Assembly (NCBI RefSeq): GCF_000940845.1 | Contig: NZ_CP010341.1 | Coordinates: 2,070,001 to 2,102,000, forward strand | From: Propionibacterium freudenreichii subsp. freudenreichii | GTDB taxonomy: Bacteria; Actinomycetota; Actinomycetes; Propionibacteriales; Propionibacteriaceae | Direction: 5' to 3' | DNA: 32,000 nucleotides | Shown here: piece by piece, positions 19,799 to 29,455 of the stretch | Numbering within the stretch: the stretch's first letter is position 1 | Layout: the number at the start of each line of letters is the position of its first letter | Notes under the pieces: model-generated | Told to the model about the DNA's origin: nothing | The model's database searches: none | What the model saw: the letters and a program-made list of their open reading frames with translations, nothing else | Made by a program: the position numbers and the translations under genes

Positions 19799-21544
19799 CT
19801 ACTTCTTCAGCAGGGCCGTGGCCCTGGCCTTCGCAGCCACGGCATCGGGTGCCTGGACGGCGGCCTCGGCGGCCTGTCGGCATTGTTCGATCGTCACATC
19901 GCCGAGTTGCACGCCCACGGCGGGCAGTGCGGTGGCGGCCATCGACAGCGAGGTGATGCCCAACCCGGCCAGCACGCAGGCCAGCAACGGATCGGCGGCG
20001 GCCTCGCCGCACACCCCCACCGGCTTGTGGCGCTTGATCCCGGCATGGCCGGCCATCTGGATCAGTGAGAGCACCGCCGGCTGCCAGGGATCGTTCAGGT
20101 CGACCAGCTTGGACGACAACCGATCCGAGGCCATCGCGTACTGCGTCAGGTCGTTGGTGCCGATACTGAAGAACTCCACCTCGGCCAGCACCTGCTCGGC
20201 CTTCAGGGCCACCGCCGGCACCTCCACCATGACGCCCGGCCACAGCCCGCGATCGCGGCACTTCGCCGCGAAGCTGCGGGCCTCGCCCACGGTGGCCACC
20301 ATCGGAGCCATCACCCACACATCGACGTCAATGCCCTTGCGTGCCTCGGCGATGGCATCCAATTGGTGGATGAGCAGCCCGGGGTTGTCGGCGGCCAACC
20401 GCAGTCCGCGCACCCCGAGCGCCGGATTCGCCTCGGCGTCGAAATTGGCGAAGGCCAGCGGCTTGTCGGAGCCGGCGTCCAGCGTGCGGATCACCACATG
20501 GGTGCGTCCGCCACGCCCGGCATAGGGCTCGAGCACCGAACGGTAGATCTCGGCCTGCTCGGCCACCGACGGTTCCTCGGGGGCGCTGAGGAAGGCCAGC
20601 TCGGTGCGGAACAGCCCGATGCCCTCCGACTCGCCCGCGGCCGCCTTGCCGGCGGCATTGCCGTCACCCACATTGGCCAGCAGCTGCACCGCGTAGTCGT
20701 CGCTCGTGCGCCCCGGGCCCCGCCATTCGCGAACCCGGTTGAAATAGGCGTTCGACTCGGCCACCGCGGCCATGGCCTGCTCCGGGTCGGGGTTGGCGAC
20801 CACGGTGCCCGCGGCCCCGTCGACCAGCACCGTGGTGTCGTTCTTGATCTCGCGCAGCGCCACGCCGGTACCGACGATGCAGGGGATGCCCAGCTGGCGG
20901 GCAATGATCGCGGTGTGGCTCGTCTTGCCGCCGGCCTCGGTGACCAGGCCCACGGTCAGCTCGGGGTCCAGCCCCGCGGTGTCGGCCGGGGCGAGGTCCT
21001 CGGCGAACAGCACCACCGGGCTCTTGGGACGCGGCACGCCCGGCTCCGGTTCCCCGCGCAGCTCGGCCACCAGGCGATCGCGGATATCACGCAGGTCGGT
21101 GGTGCGCTCGGCGTAGAGCCCGCCCAGCCGATCGAACTGTGCCACCAGGTTGTCCGTGGCCTGCACCACGGCCCATTCGGCTGAATCGCCATGCTTGATG
21201 AGCTTCTTCACCGCCCGGGTGAGGCCACGATCGGCAACCAGCTGGGCGGTGGCATTGAGCACCTCCCGGGCATGCCCGGTGACGTGTTCGGCCTTGTCAA
21301 GCAGCACATTCTGCACGGCGACCACCGCATCGGCGAAGGCATTGACGGCCTGGTCCTGCTCGGATTCGGCGATGGTGCCGCCGCTGGGCAGCTGTGGACG
21401 CGGCTGCACGCGGTTCACCGGCGCATAGGCCACCCCGGCCACCACGCCGGTGCCAGTGACCACGAGTGCGGCGCCCGACGACGCAGCCGATGGGACAGTG
21501 CTTGCTGAAGCCGGGCTTGCTGGAGCCGGATTTGCTGGAGACAT
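19799..21544 (-). CDS. ptsI: Phosphoenolpyruvate-protein phosphotransferase (PTS enzyme I)
   Basis: Full-length EI pattern: GGKTSHTAIIARQLGIP (active-site His), FFSIGTNDLTQY, CGEAAADP. GGGGGAG SD. Confidence 0.95.
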   Translation of the reverse strand: MSPANPAPASPASASTVPSAASSGAALVVTGTGVVAGVAYAPVNRVQPRPQLPSGGTIAESEQDQAVNAFADAVVAVQNVLLDKAEHVTGHAREVLNATAQLVADRGLTRAVKKLIKHGDSAEWAVVQATDNLVAQFDRLGGLYAERTTDLRDIRDRLVAELRGEPEPGVPRPKSPVVLFAEDLAPADTAGLDPELTVGLVTEAGGKTSHTAIIARQLGIPCIVGTGVALREIKNDTTVLVDGAAGTVVANPDPEQAMAAVAESNAYFNRVREWRGPGRTSDDYAVQLLANVGDGNAAGKAAAGESEGIGLFRTELAFLSAPEEPSVAEQAEIYRSVLEPYAGRGGRTHVVIRTLDAGSDKPLAFANFDAEANPALGVRGLRLAADNPGLLIHQLDAIAEARKGIDVDVWVMAPMVATVGEARSFAAKCRDRGLWPGVMVEVPAVALKAEQVLAEVEFFSIGTNDLTQYAMASDRLSSKLVDLNDPWQPAVLSLIQMAGHAGIKRHKPVGVCGEAAADPLLACVLAGLGITSLSMAATALPAVGVQLGDVTIEQCRQAAEAAVQAPDAVAAKARATALLKK

Positions 21545-21782
21545 TGGGGCGCTCCCCCTTCAACGCTGAATGGTCGATTACCCAGTGTTCCACGTGCGAC
21601 GCCCCGGCGAACCGCGTCTGCCAAATCCGCGTCGACAGTGCTGTGAAGCCCCTCGCAGGGCCCGCGAGTGTGTGAGTATTAAGGGTGAACGAGGGCCCAT
21701 CACGGGGCCTGCGGGGACGCGCCCGTCCCCGTCGTCGATCAGCCCGGAGCCAGCGCCCCGTGGCGGATATGAGGAGAAGAAC

Positions 21783-22049
21783 ATGGCCAGCAAGCAAGCA
21801 GTCGTCGGCTCCGCAATCGGTCTGCACGCGCGTCCTGCCGCGATCATCGCCGACAAGGCCGGCGAATACGACGACGACATCCTGCTGTCGAAGGTCGGCA
21901 GCACCGAGGAACCCGTCGATGCGGCCTCCCCGCTGATGATCATGACCCTGGGCGCCAAGAAGGGCGACACGGTGAACATCGAGTCCGATGACGCCACCGC
22001 CGTGGACGAATTGGCGACGCTCATCGCATCGGACCTCGACAAGGAGTGA
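21783..22049 (+). CDS. ptsH: Phosphocarrier protein HPr
   Basis: MASKQAVVGSAIGLHARPAA (His-15 motif). 88 aa. GAGGAG SD. Confidence 0.93.
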   Translation: MASKQAVVGSAIGLHARPAAIIADKAGEYDDDILLSKVGSTEEPVDAASPLMIMTLGAKKGDTVNIESDDATAVDELATLIASDLDKE

Positions 22050-22055
22050 CCCTGC

Positions 22056-22086
22056 GCGGTCGCCGGCCCAAGCCGGCCGCGACCGC
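22056..22086 (+). terminator. GC-rich hairpin after ptsH
   Basis: GCGGTCGCCGGC-CCAA-GCCGGCCGCGACCGC. No clear U-tract. Confidence 0.45.
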
Positions 22087-22125
22087 TCCCGGGAACGCCC
22101 CACGCACGGTAACGCCTTGATCCTG

Positions 22126-22142
22126 ATACCCCCCGGGGGTAT
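22126..22142. promoter_or_regulatory. CsoR/RcnR-type operator candidate: ATACCCCC-C-GGGGGTAT
   Basis: Perfect 8-1-8 palindrome with a C/G tract flanked by ATA/TAT, 21 nt upstream of the copA ATG. It overlaps a TATACA(T) -10-like hexamer. Confidence 0.55.
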
Positions 22143-22162
22143 ACATCAGGTGAGGAGTTTCT

Positions 22163-24808
22163 ATGAGTGAAGCGTCACATCCCACGATCACGCCGGGCAC
22201 GGGCTCCGGCGTGGTCTACACCTGCCCGATGCACCCGGAGGTGCGTGAGGGCTCGCCGGGGCGTTGTCCGATCTGTGGCATGAACCTGGTGCCCGCCGAC
22301 GAGCAGGGCGGTTCGCCCGCCCCGCAGGCGCACGCGGTCTACACCTGCCCCATGCACCCCCAGATCCGCGAGGCCACGCCGGGACGCTGCCCGATCTGCG
22401 GCATGAACCTGGTGCCCGCCGACGAGGTGGCTGGCGCATCAGATGGTCACGCCCCGATGCAGATGGACCACTCCGCTGGCCCGTCGCACCCCGCTGATTC
22501 GTCGTCCACGCAGGGCAACCACCCGATGGCGATGACCACCGATCATGCGACGCCTGCCGCAACCATGGCATCCGGCACGACGCCGAAGCATGACCACACC
22601 ACCCCTGGTCACGACATGCAGGGCCACGACATGCACGGCCACGACATGCAGGGTCACGGGACACCCGCGCCGGGCGCGCCGTCGGATCAGGCCGACGCCT
22701 CCGGCGTCACCTGGTACACCTGCCCGATGCACCCCGAGGTGCGTGTCGACCATCCCGGGGCCTGCCCCATCTGCGGCATGGCACTGGAACCCGTGGTGAC
22801 CACCGCCAGGACCGGCACCAACCCCGAACTCACCGACATGCGCCGCCGTTTCTGGGCGGGCGTGGTGATCACCGTGCCGATCCTGGTGCTGTCGATGGTC
22901 CGCCCGCTGTTCGGTGGCTTCATGGACGCCGTGGGCGACCAGCTTGCCGCCTGGCTCGAGCTGGTGCTCGCCACCCCCGTGGTGTTGTGGGCCGGCTGGC
23001 CCTTCTTCGTGCGCGGCGCGATCTCATGGCGCACCGGCAAGCTCAACATGTTCACGCTCATCTCGATGGGCACCGGCGTGGCCTATGTCTACTCGTTGAT
23101 CGCCACGATCGCGCCCGGCGTGTTCCCGCAGACGATGCGCACCGCCCAGGGCACCGTGGAGCCGTACTTCGAGGCGGCCGCGATGATCACCGTGCTGGTG
23201 CTGCTGGGACAGGTGATCGAACTCAGCGCCAGGGCCCGCACCTCCGGATCGATCCGCGCCCTGCTCGACCTGGCCCCCAAGAAGGCCCGGCTGGTGATGC
23301 CCGACGGCACCGAGCATGAGGTCGCCGTCGACACGCTGCAGGTCGGTGACCGGGTGCGTGTGCATCCCGGCGAGAAGGTTCCGGTCGATGGCGTGGTCAC
23401 CGACGGCGCCTCCCACATCGATGAGTCGATGGTCACCGGGGAGCCGATGCCCGTGGCCCGCCACGTGGGCGACCGGGTGATCGGCGGAACCCTGAACACC
23501 CAGGGCAGCCTGGTGGTGAAGGCCGACAAGCTCGGCCATGATTCGGTGTTGTCCGGCATCATCGCGCTGGTCTCCAGCGCGCAGCGTTCCCGTGCCCCCA
23601 TCCAGGGGCTGGTGGACAAGGTGGCGGCCTGGTTCGTCCCGATCGTGCTCGGCCTGGCCGTGATCGCCTTCATCGTGTGGATGCTCGTCGGGCCCGCACC
23701 CCGCCTGCCCCATGCGATCGTCGTGGCGGTCTCGGTGCTCATCATCGCCTGCCCCTGTGCCCTGGGGCTGGCCACCCCGATGGCGGTCATGGTGGGCGTG
23801 GGACGCGCCGCCACTGCCGGCGTGCTCATCCGCGACGCCGAGGCGCTCGAGGAACTGTCCAAGGTGAACACCTTGGTGGTCGACAAGACCGGCACGCTCA
23901 CGATGGGGCATCCCACCGTGACGCAGGTGGAGACCACCGCCGATCACGACCAGTCCGAGGTGCTGCGCCTGGCGGCCGGCGCCGAGAAGGGTTCGGAGCA
24001 TCCCCTGGCGCGTGCCGTGTTGGAGGCCGCCGCCACCCGCACGTTGACCGTCCCCGATGTGTCGGACTTCCACGCCACGAGCGGCGCGGGCATCAACGGC
24101 ACCGTCGAGGGGCACCATGTGTGCATCGGCAACGAGGAGCACGCCCGCCCCAACGAGGAGCTCACGGCCGCCGCCGCGAGCATGCGGACGCGCGGTGCGA
24201 CCGCGGTGTTCGTGAGCGTCGATGACAAGCCGGCCGCCGTGCTGGCCATCGAGGATCCGCTCAAGCCCACCAGCCGCAAGGCGCTGGCAGCGCTCGTGGA
24301 TGCCGGGGTGCATCCGGTGATGGTCACCGGTGACGCCGAGGCAACCGCCCGTGCGGTGGCCGATGAGTTGGGCATCGATGAGGTGCATGCCGGGGTGATG
24401 CCCGACGGCAAGGTGCAGGTGATCAACCAGCTGAAGGCGGCCGGTGGCGTGGTGGCGATGGCCGGCGACGGCATCAATGACGCCCCCGCGCTTGCTGCCG
24501 CAGACGTCGGCATCGCCATGGGTGGCGGCACTGACGTGGCCATCGAGAGCGCCGGCATCACGTTGATCGGCGGCGACCTCGACGGGATCGTGCGCGCCTG
24601 CCACATCTCGAATGCCACGATGCGCACCATCCGGCAGAACCTGCTGTTCGCGCTGGTCTACAACACCGCCGGCATTCCCCTGGCCGCCGGCGTGCTGTAC
24701 CCCGCGTTCGGATGGCTGCTCTCGCCGATGTTCTCGGCCGCTGCCATGGCGCTCAGTTCGGTGAGCGTGATCGGCAACTCGCTGCGCCTGCGCGCCGTCC
24801 GCTTGTGA
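22163..24808 (+). CDS. copA: Copper(I)-translocating P1B-type ATPase with an atypical triple N-terminal metal-binding region
   Basis: TGE, CPC ([13 protein letters not shown]), [17 protein letters not shown]7 YN (LVYNTAGIP) and TM8 MALSS are Cu(I)-type signatures. The N-terminus has three YTCPMHP...CPICGM modules. Confidence 0.95.
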   Translation: MSEASHPTITPGTGSGVVYTCPMHPEVREGSPGRCPICGMNLVPADEQGGSPAPQAHAVYTCPMHPQIREATPGRCPICGMNLVPADEVAGASDGHAPMQMDHSAGPSHPADSSSTQGNHPMAMTTDHATPAATMASGTTPKHDHTTPGHDMQGHDMHGHDMQGHGTPAPGAPSDQADASGVTWYTCPMHPEVRVDHPGACPICGMALEPVVTTARTGTNPELTDMRRRFWAGVVITVPILVLSMVRPLFGGFMDAVGDQLAAWLELVLATPVVLWAGWPFFVRGAISWRTGKLNMFTLISMGTGVAYVYSLIATIAPGVFPQTMRTAQGTVEPYFEAAAMITVLVLLGQVIELSARARTSGSIRALLDLAPKKARLVMPDGTEHEVAVDTLQVGDRVRVHPGEKVPVDGVVTDGASHIDESMVTGEPMPVARHVGDRVIGGTLNTQGSLVVKADKLGHDSVLSGIIALVSSAQRSRAPIQGLVDKVAAWFVPIVLGLAVIAFIVWMLVGPAPRLPHAIVVAVSVLIIACPCALGLATPMAVMVGVGRAATAGVLIRDAEALEELSKVNTLVVDKTGTLTMGHPTVTQVETTADHDQSEVLRLAAGAEKGSEHPLARAVLEAAATRTLTVPDVSDFHATSGAGINGTVEGHHVCIGNEEHARPNEELTAAAASMRTRGATAVFVSVDDKPAAVLAIEDPLKPTSRKALAALVDAGVHPVMVTGDAEATARAVADELGIDEVHAGVMPDGKVQVINQLKAAGGVVAMAGDGINDAPALAAADVGIAMGGGTDVAIESAGITLIGGDLDGIVRACHISNATMRTIRQNLLFALVYNTAGIPLAAGVLYPAFGWLLSPMFSAAAMALSSVSVIGNSLRLRAVRL

Positions 24809-24868
24809 CCCCGGCCCGGTTATGACCCCGGCGCCCGCGGTGATCGGTTGACCACTGAACTGACGATC

Positions 24869-24912
24869 GGCCCGCCCATCCCTGCCACCCACGGTGACAT
24901 GATGGGCGGGCC
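24869..24912 (+). terminator. Hairpin after copA (12-bp stem GGCCCGCCCATC / GATGGGCGGGCC), followed by CTTTGTC
   Basis: Inverted repeat about 60 nt after the stop codon. Confidence 0.5.
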
Positions 24913-24939
24913 CTTTGTCGCCCACCGGAAGTTCCAGCC

Positions 24940-26157
24940 ATGACAGCGTCGACGCCCACACCGGCCACCACGGCCCCCGGCGCCGCACATCCGACGGGCG
25001 GATGGCGTCGCGACCTGCGCATCGCCGGCACCTGGTGGGTGGCCTCCCGGGCCGTCTACCTGCTGGCGGCGCTCATCCTGGGCTGGACCGGACATGCCAC
25101 GCCCCGCCAGACCGGATTGCCGTGGCCCGTCGACGCCTATCAGCGCTTCGACGCCGGGCACCTGATGCGCATCGCCTCGGAGGGCTATTTCGCCTTCGAC
25201 AGTGGCCATCCCGCCCACGATGAGGCCTTCTTCCCCGGCTTTCCCCTGCTCACCCGGGCGCTTGCGTCGTTGTGGGGCGGGGCGCATCCGTCGATCGCCG
25301 CGGCCGTCGTGGCGGGCACGATCGTCTCCTGGCTGGCAGCGTTGGCGGCCGGGGTGCTGCTCGTGCGCATCACCCGGGAGTACCTCACCTCCGGTGAGTT
25401 CGCGGGCGGACGGGTGCGTCCCCATGCAGCGGCCGGGGTCTTCCTGCTGGGGCCCTATTCGGTGTTCCTGATGGCCCCCTACACCGAGGGCCTGTTCACC
25501 ACCTGCGCCCTGGCCTGCTGGTACCTGGCGATGCACCGCCGGTGGAACTGGTCGCTCGTCGCGGCGACGGCGGCGGGACTGGTGCGCGTCAATGGCGTGT
25601 TCCTGTTGCCGATGCTGCTGGTGATGATGCTGCGACAGGGCTGGCCGCACCCGAACCGGTCATGGTGGCGCGTGCTCACCCTGGCCATCCCGCTGTGCGC
25701 CCCGCTGGGCTACCTGGGCTATCTGTGGGCCCGCACCGGCGATCCCCTCTACTGGCTGCACGTGCAGGCCGAGGGTTGGGGACGTGGCTCGGCACCGATC
25801 TGGGACGTGGTGGTCAACAGCGTCCGGCACATCGTCTCGGCCGAATGGTTCATCGGCTACCAGCAGGTGTTGGAGTTCGTCTTCCTGGCAATCTTCCTCG
25901 CCACGCTGTGGTGGTGTTGGCGACTGCGGCGCTATGAGTGGCTGGTGTTCGTGGCGATCACGCTGGTGAGCCTGTGCCGCGGCCCGGTGCTGCTGTCGCT
26001 GCCGCGCAATGGCCTGGACTGCTTCCCGGTGATGTTGGCCATGGCCGCCGCACTGTCCACCCGACGCCGCTGGTTGCGCTGGGCGACGCTCGTGTTGATG
26101 GCGGCCACGGCCGCCATCAACACCCTGACGCTGCTGGCCGATGAATGGACCGGCTAG
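24940..26157 (+). CDS. Polytopic membrane glycosyltransferase, GT-C fold (PIG-V/PMT_2-like mannosyltransferase family)
   Basis: About 10 predicted TM segments. DAGHLMRIASEGY...EAFFPGFPLL pattern in the first loops. The overlapping antisense ORF 24820-25650 is judged an artefact. Confidence 0.7.
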   Translation: MTASTPTPATTAPGAAHPTGGWRRDLRIAGTWWVASRAVYLLAALILGWTGHATPRQTGLPWPVDAYQRFDAGHLMRIASEGYFAFDSGHPAHDEAFFPGFPLLTRALASLWGGAHPSIAAAVVAGTIVSWLAALAAGVLLVRITREYLTSGEFAGGRVRPHAAAGVFLLGPYSVFLMAPYTEGLFTTCALACWYLAMHRRWNWSLVAATAAGLVRVNGVFLLPMLLVMMLRQGWPHPNRSWWRVLTLAIPLCAPLGYLGYLWARTGDPLYWLHVQAEGWGRGSAPIWDVVVNSVRHIVSAEWFIGYQQVLEFVFLAIFLATLWWCWRLRRYEWLVFVAITLVSLCRGPVLLSLPRNGLDCFPVMLAMAAALSTRRRWLRWATLVLMAATAAINTLTLLADEWTG

Positions 26158-26191
26158 CGCCGCACTGCCAATGGACCGGCTGGCGCCGCAC
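26144..26191. repeat. 22-bp direct repeat (21/22 identical, period 26 bp) spanning the GT-C stop codon
   Basis: AATGGACCGGCTAGCGCCGCAC (26144-26165) and AATGGACCGGCTGGCGCCGCAC (26170-26191). The TAG stop in copy 1 reads TGG in copy 2. Confidence 0.8.
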
Positions 26192-26195
26192 GGCA

Positions 26196-27808
26196 TCATC
26201 GCTCGGCTGGTTTCAACGGCGCCACCACCGGATAGAAGTCGTGAATGGCATAGCGGCCACAGGAGATGACATCCATCGTTCCGGCAGGGGATGCGTCCGG
26301 AAACGAGAAGGGATAGGAATCGGCGTCGGTGATGAAGAAGGTCACCTGTGCGTTGACGGCGTCATGGCGATTCGCGAGCCACGATCCCGCATGGAGCTGG
26401 TCATCGACCTGGACGATCTGGCGTGGATCGGCCGCATATGCCTTGGGGGCCCGCATCGTCCAGAACAGTCCGGCACCCGTGCGTCCGGAAGCATCAACCC
26501 AATCCGTGACACAGCGCAGATCGGCGTCGACGACCGAAACCGTCGCATTGATCCTCGGCATGGTGAGTGCGCACACCACGCCGAGGAATATGGCCGCACC
26601 CACAACACCCGCCGCCCGGAGAGTCCCGATAGATTCCCGCGCCGGCAACCAGGCAAGAATCCGGCGCGATATTCCTCGTGCCGCGAATTCAACCCCCGGC
26701 AGGACAGTGAGTGCCAGAAAGGGCAGGAACGCCCAGGGTTGTAGATAGCGAGTGGCCTCACTGCCCATCACAATCACCGCCACCGCCACGATGAAGGGGC
26801 CCAGGCAGGCACTCAGGGCAATGAAGGAATGCACGACCTTCCCCCGACGCACCACGGCGAGGGCAATGACGATCGAGGCAATCCACATTCCAAGGGTTAT
26901 GCACAATGACGCAATGCCGGCGCGAGTGGCGAGGGTGTCCGAGACCTGCCTCGCGTGGTAGGCCAACGATGCACCGATGTCCCGCAGATGCCAGTAGTCC
27001 TCCGTCGTGGCCACGATCGAGTGGGCGAAGGGGATGCGCAATGCCATGCCCAGGGCCGTTCCCACACACAACACGAGGCCAGCCCGGCACAACGCCCGTG
27101 ACGACAACTGACTGCACACCCGCAGGACGAGCAGCACGGCGCCCGCCGGAAGGACGAACCACAAGGCATACAGGGGATTCGTCATCGTGCAGAAGGCGAC
27201 GACGCCCGCCGTGGCCAGGGTGGCGCCCATCACGTGCCGACCGGCGCCACCCGACCGCATGGTATTCACCCGGCGCAATAATCCCAGGGTTACCACCGCG
27301 CCGATCACGGTGCCCGAGTAATAGGTGGTCATTGCCAGGTCCGACGCCAGGAGATATCCCCGGCGTTCCGCACCGTCCAGAAGTGCCAGCAGGCACACGC
27401 CGGAAAATGCCGCCAACGAGCGCCGCACAGGCCATTCACCGGGGCGCCTTGCTCCGGCGACAAATCGAATTGCAGCGTACAGGGCCAGGAGTTCACTGCC
27501 GCATTAGCCATCAGGGTGGCCCGCACACCCATCCCGAACAATGCGAGCAGGAAATACACGGCGGTCTCCGGAATGAACAACACCGGCGACATCGCCCAGT
27601 CCTGGGGCTGGCCGGCGGCCAGTGACCTGGCCATCAGCACCGTCACCAGGGAATCGGCATTGACGAAGAGCATCAATTCAAGGGCCTCGGCCAGATGGGC
27701 CACCACCAGGCCCGCCAGCACCGCCGCAACGGCATATCCCGAGGCCTCGCGCCACCCGGCCGGAATCCTCCCGACAAGGCCGTCGCGGCTGGCGCCAGCA
27801 TTCAGCAC
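26196..27808 (-). pseudogene. Polytopic membrane protein with a C-terminal extracytoplasmic domain (about 537 aa if intact), split by a frameshift near 27485-27503
   Basis: ORFs 27329-27808 and 26196-27428 are colinear. The downstream frame is open back to a TAA at comp. 27504-27506 and reads plausibly (SELLALYAAIRFVAG...). The upstream frame turns W/C-rich after ...MANAAVN. Confidence 0.65.
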
Positions 27809-27821
27809 AGATCAGTTCCCC

Positions 27822-29257
27822 GGCTCTTCGCGATCCGGGGTGTAGCGGGGGGTTGAGTCTGGCTGGCGTGTCGGGGTGGGTGTGAGGGTCGGGGTCTTCC
27901 GATGATGGGAGTTCCTACGCTGCCCATCTGAAAGACCCCGACGTGTCCCACGCTACCTTTGCTGCCCCCGATCTGACCACGTTCGCCCGCCTGGATGACC
28001 TCGGCCTCGTGGTGGTGGGCCAGAGAGTCCTCCCGGATCGCTGCGAGGTGGCCTGCCGGGTGGTGGACGATGACCGGTGGTGTCGCGAGTGTGGGTGCGA
28101 AGGGATCCCCCGCGACACCGTGGTCCGTCGCCTCGCCCACGAGCCCTCGGGCTGGAGACCGGTGACACTGGTGGTGCGAGTGCGTCGCTACCGCTGTTCG
28201 GGGTGTGGGCGTGTGTGGAGGCAGGACACCACTGGGGCGGCCCAGCCGCGCTCGAAACTGTCCCGGGGCGGACTGCGTTGGGCCCGTGGCGGGCATCGTC
28301 GTCCAACACCTCACCGTCGCCCGGGTCGCTGAGGGTCTGGGCGTGTCCTGGGACTGCGCCAACACCTCCGTCCTGGAGGAGGGACGCAGGGTCCTCATCA
28401 ACGATGAGCATCGCTTCGAGGGTGTGACCACGATCGGGGTGGACGAGCACGTGTGGCGGCACACGCGCAGGGGCGACAAGTTCGTCACCGTGATCATCGA
28501 CCTCACCCCGCTGCGCGAGGGAAGGGGTCCTGCCAGGTTGTTGGACATGGTGGAGGGCCGCTCCAAGAAGGCCTTCAAGGAGTGGCTCAGCCAGCAAGAC
28601 CCTGCGTGGCGCGACCGGATTGAGGTGGTCGCCATGGACGGCTTCACCGGGTTCAAGACCGCAGCGAAGGAAGAACTCCCCGACGCGGTGGAGGTCATGG
28701 ATCCCTTCCACGTCGTCCAGCTCGCCGGCGATGCCCTGGACCACTGCCGCCAGCGCGTCCAGCAAGACACCACCGGACATCGAGGCCGGTCCGGGGATCC
28801 CCTGTACGGGGTGCGCAAGACCCTGCACACCGGGATGGATCTCCTCACAGACAAGCAACGCACCCGCCTGGAGGGCGTCTTCGCCCAGGACGCTCACGTC
28901 GGGGTGGAAGCCACCTGGGGCATCTACCAGAAGATCGTGGCCGCCTACCGCGATCCCGACCCCAAGGCCGGGCGAGCCCAGCTGGCCCACGTCATCGAGG
29001 TCATCAGCCGCGGCGTTCCCGCCGCCCTCGCTGAGATCATCACCCTGGGGCGCACCCTCAAGCGGCGCGCCACAGACGTCCTGGCCTACTTCGAGCGCCC
29101 CCACACCTCCAACGGCCCGACAGAAGCCCTCAATGGCCGACTGGAACACCTGCGCGGCTCAGCCTTGGGCTTCCGAAACCTGACGAACTACATTGCCCGC
29201 AGTCTCCTCGAGGCCGGAGGATTCAGACCCCAACTACACCCTCAATCGTGAAGAGCC
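27822..29257 (+). mobile_element. ISL3-family insertion sequence, 1436 bp
   Basis: GGCTCTTC... terminal inverted repeats (about 24 of the first 30 nt match). Perfect 8-bp target duplication AGTTCCCC at 27814-27821 and 29258-29265. Confidence 0.9.
27943..29251 (+). pseudogene. ISL3-family transposase, split by a frameshift near 28280-28290
   Basis: N-terminal zinc-finger part (CRECGC...CSGCG) in ORF 27943-28332. DDE part (IGVDEHVW, VAMDGFTGF, NGPTEALNGRLEHLRG) in ORF 28205-29251. ISL3 transposases are normally a single ORF of about 430 aa. Confidence 0.85.
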
Positions 29258-29455
29258 AGTTCCCCTTCATCGCTGCGTGCCGCGCTGACCCGCCAATCGG
29301 CAACGCAAGGGGGAACTCCGCGGGAAAGACAATAGGGCACGAGGGCTCGCGTCCGAACCATTCCCGACGTCAGGCGCCGGCCTGCCGGGCGATCGACATC
29401 CCCTACCGGCGGGCCGGCCGGGGCGGGCCGTCAGCTCACCGGCCGGCCCCGCAGG

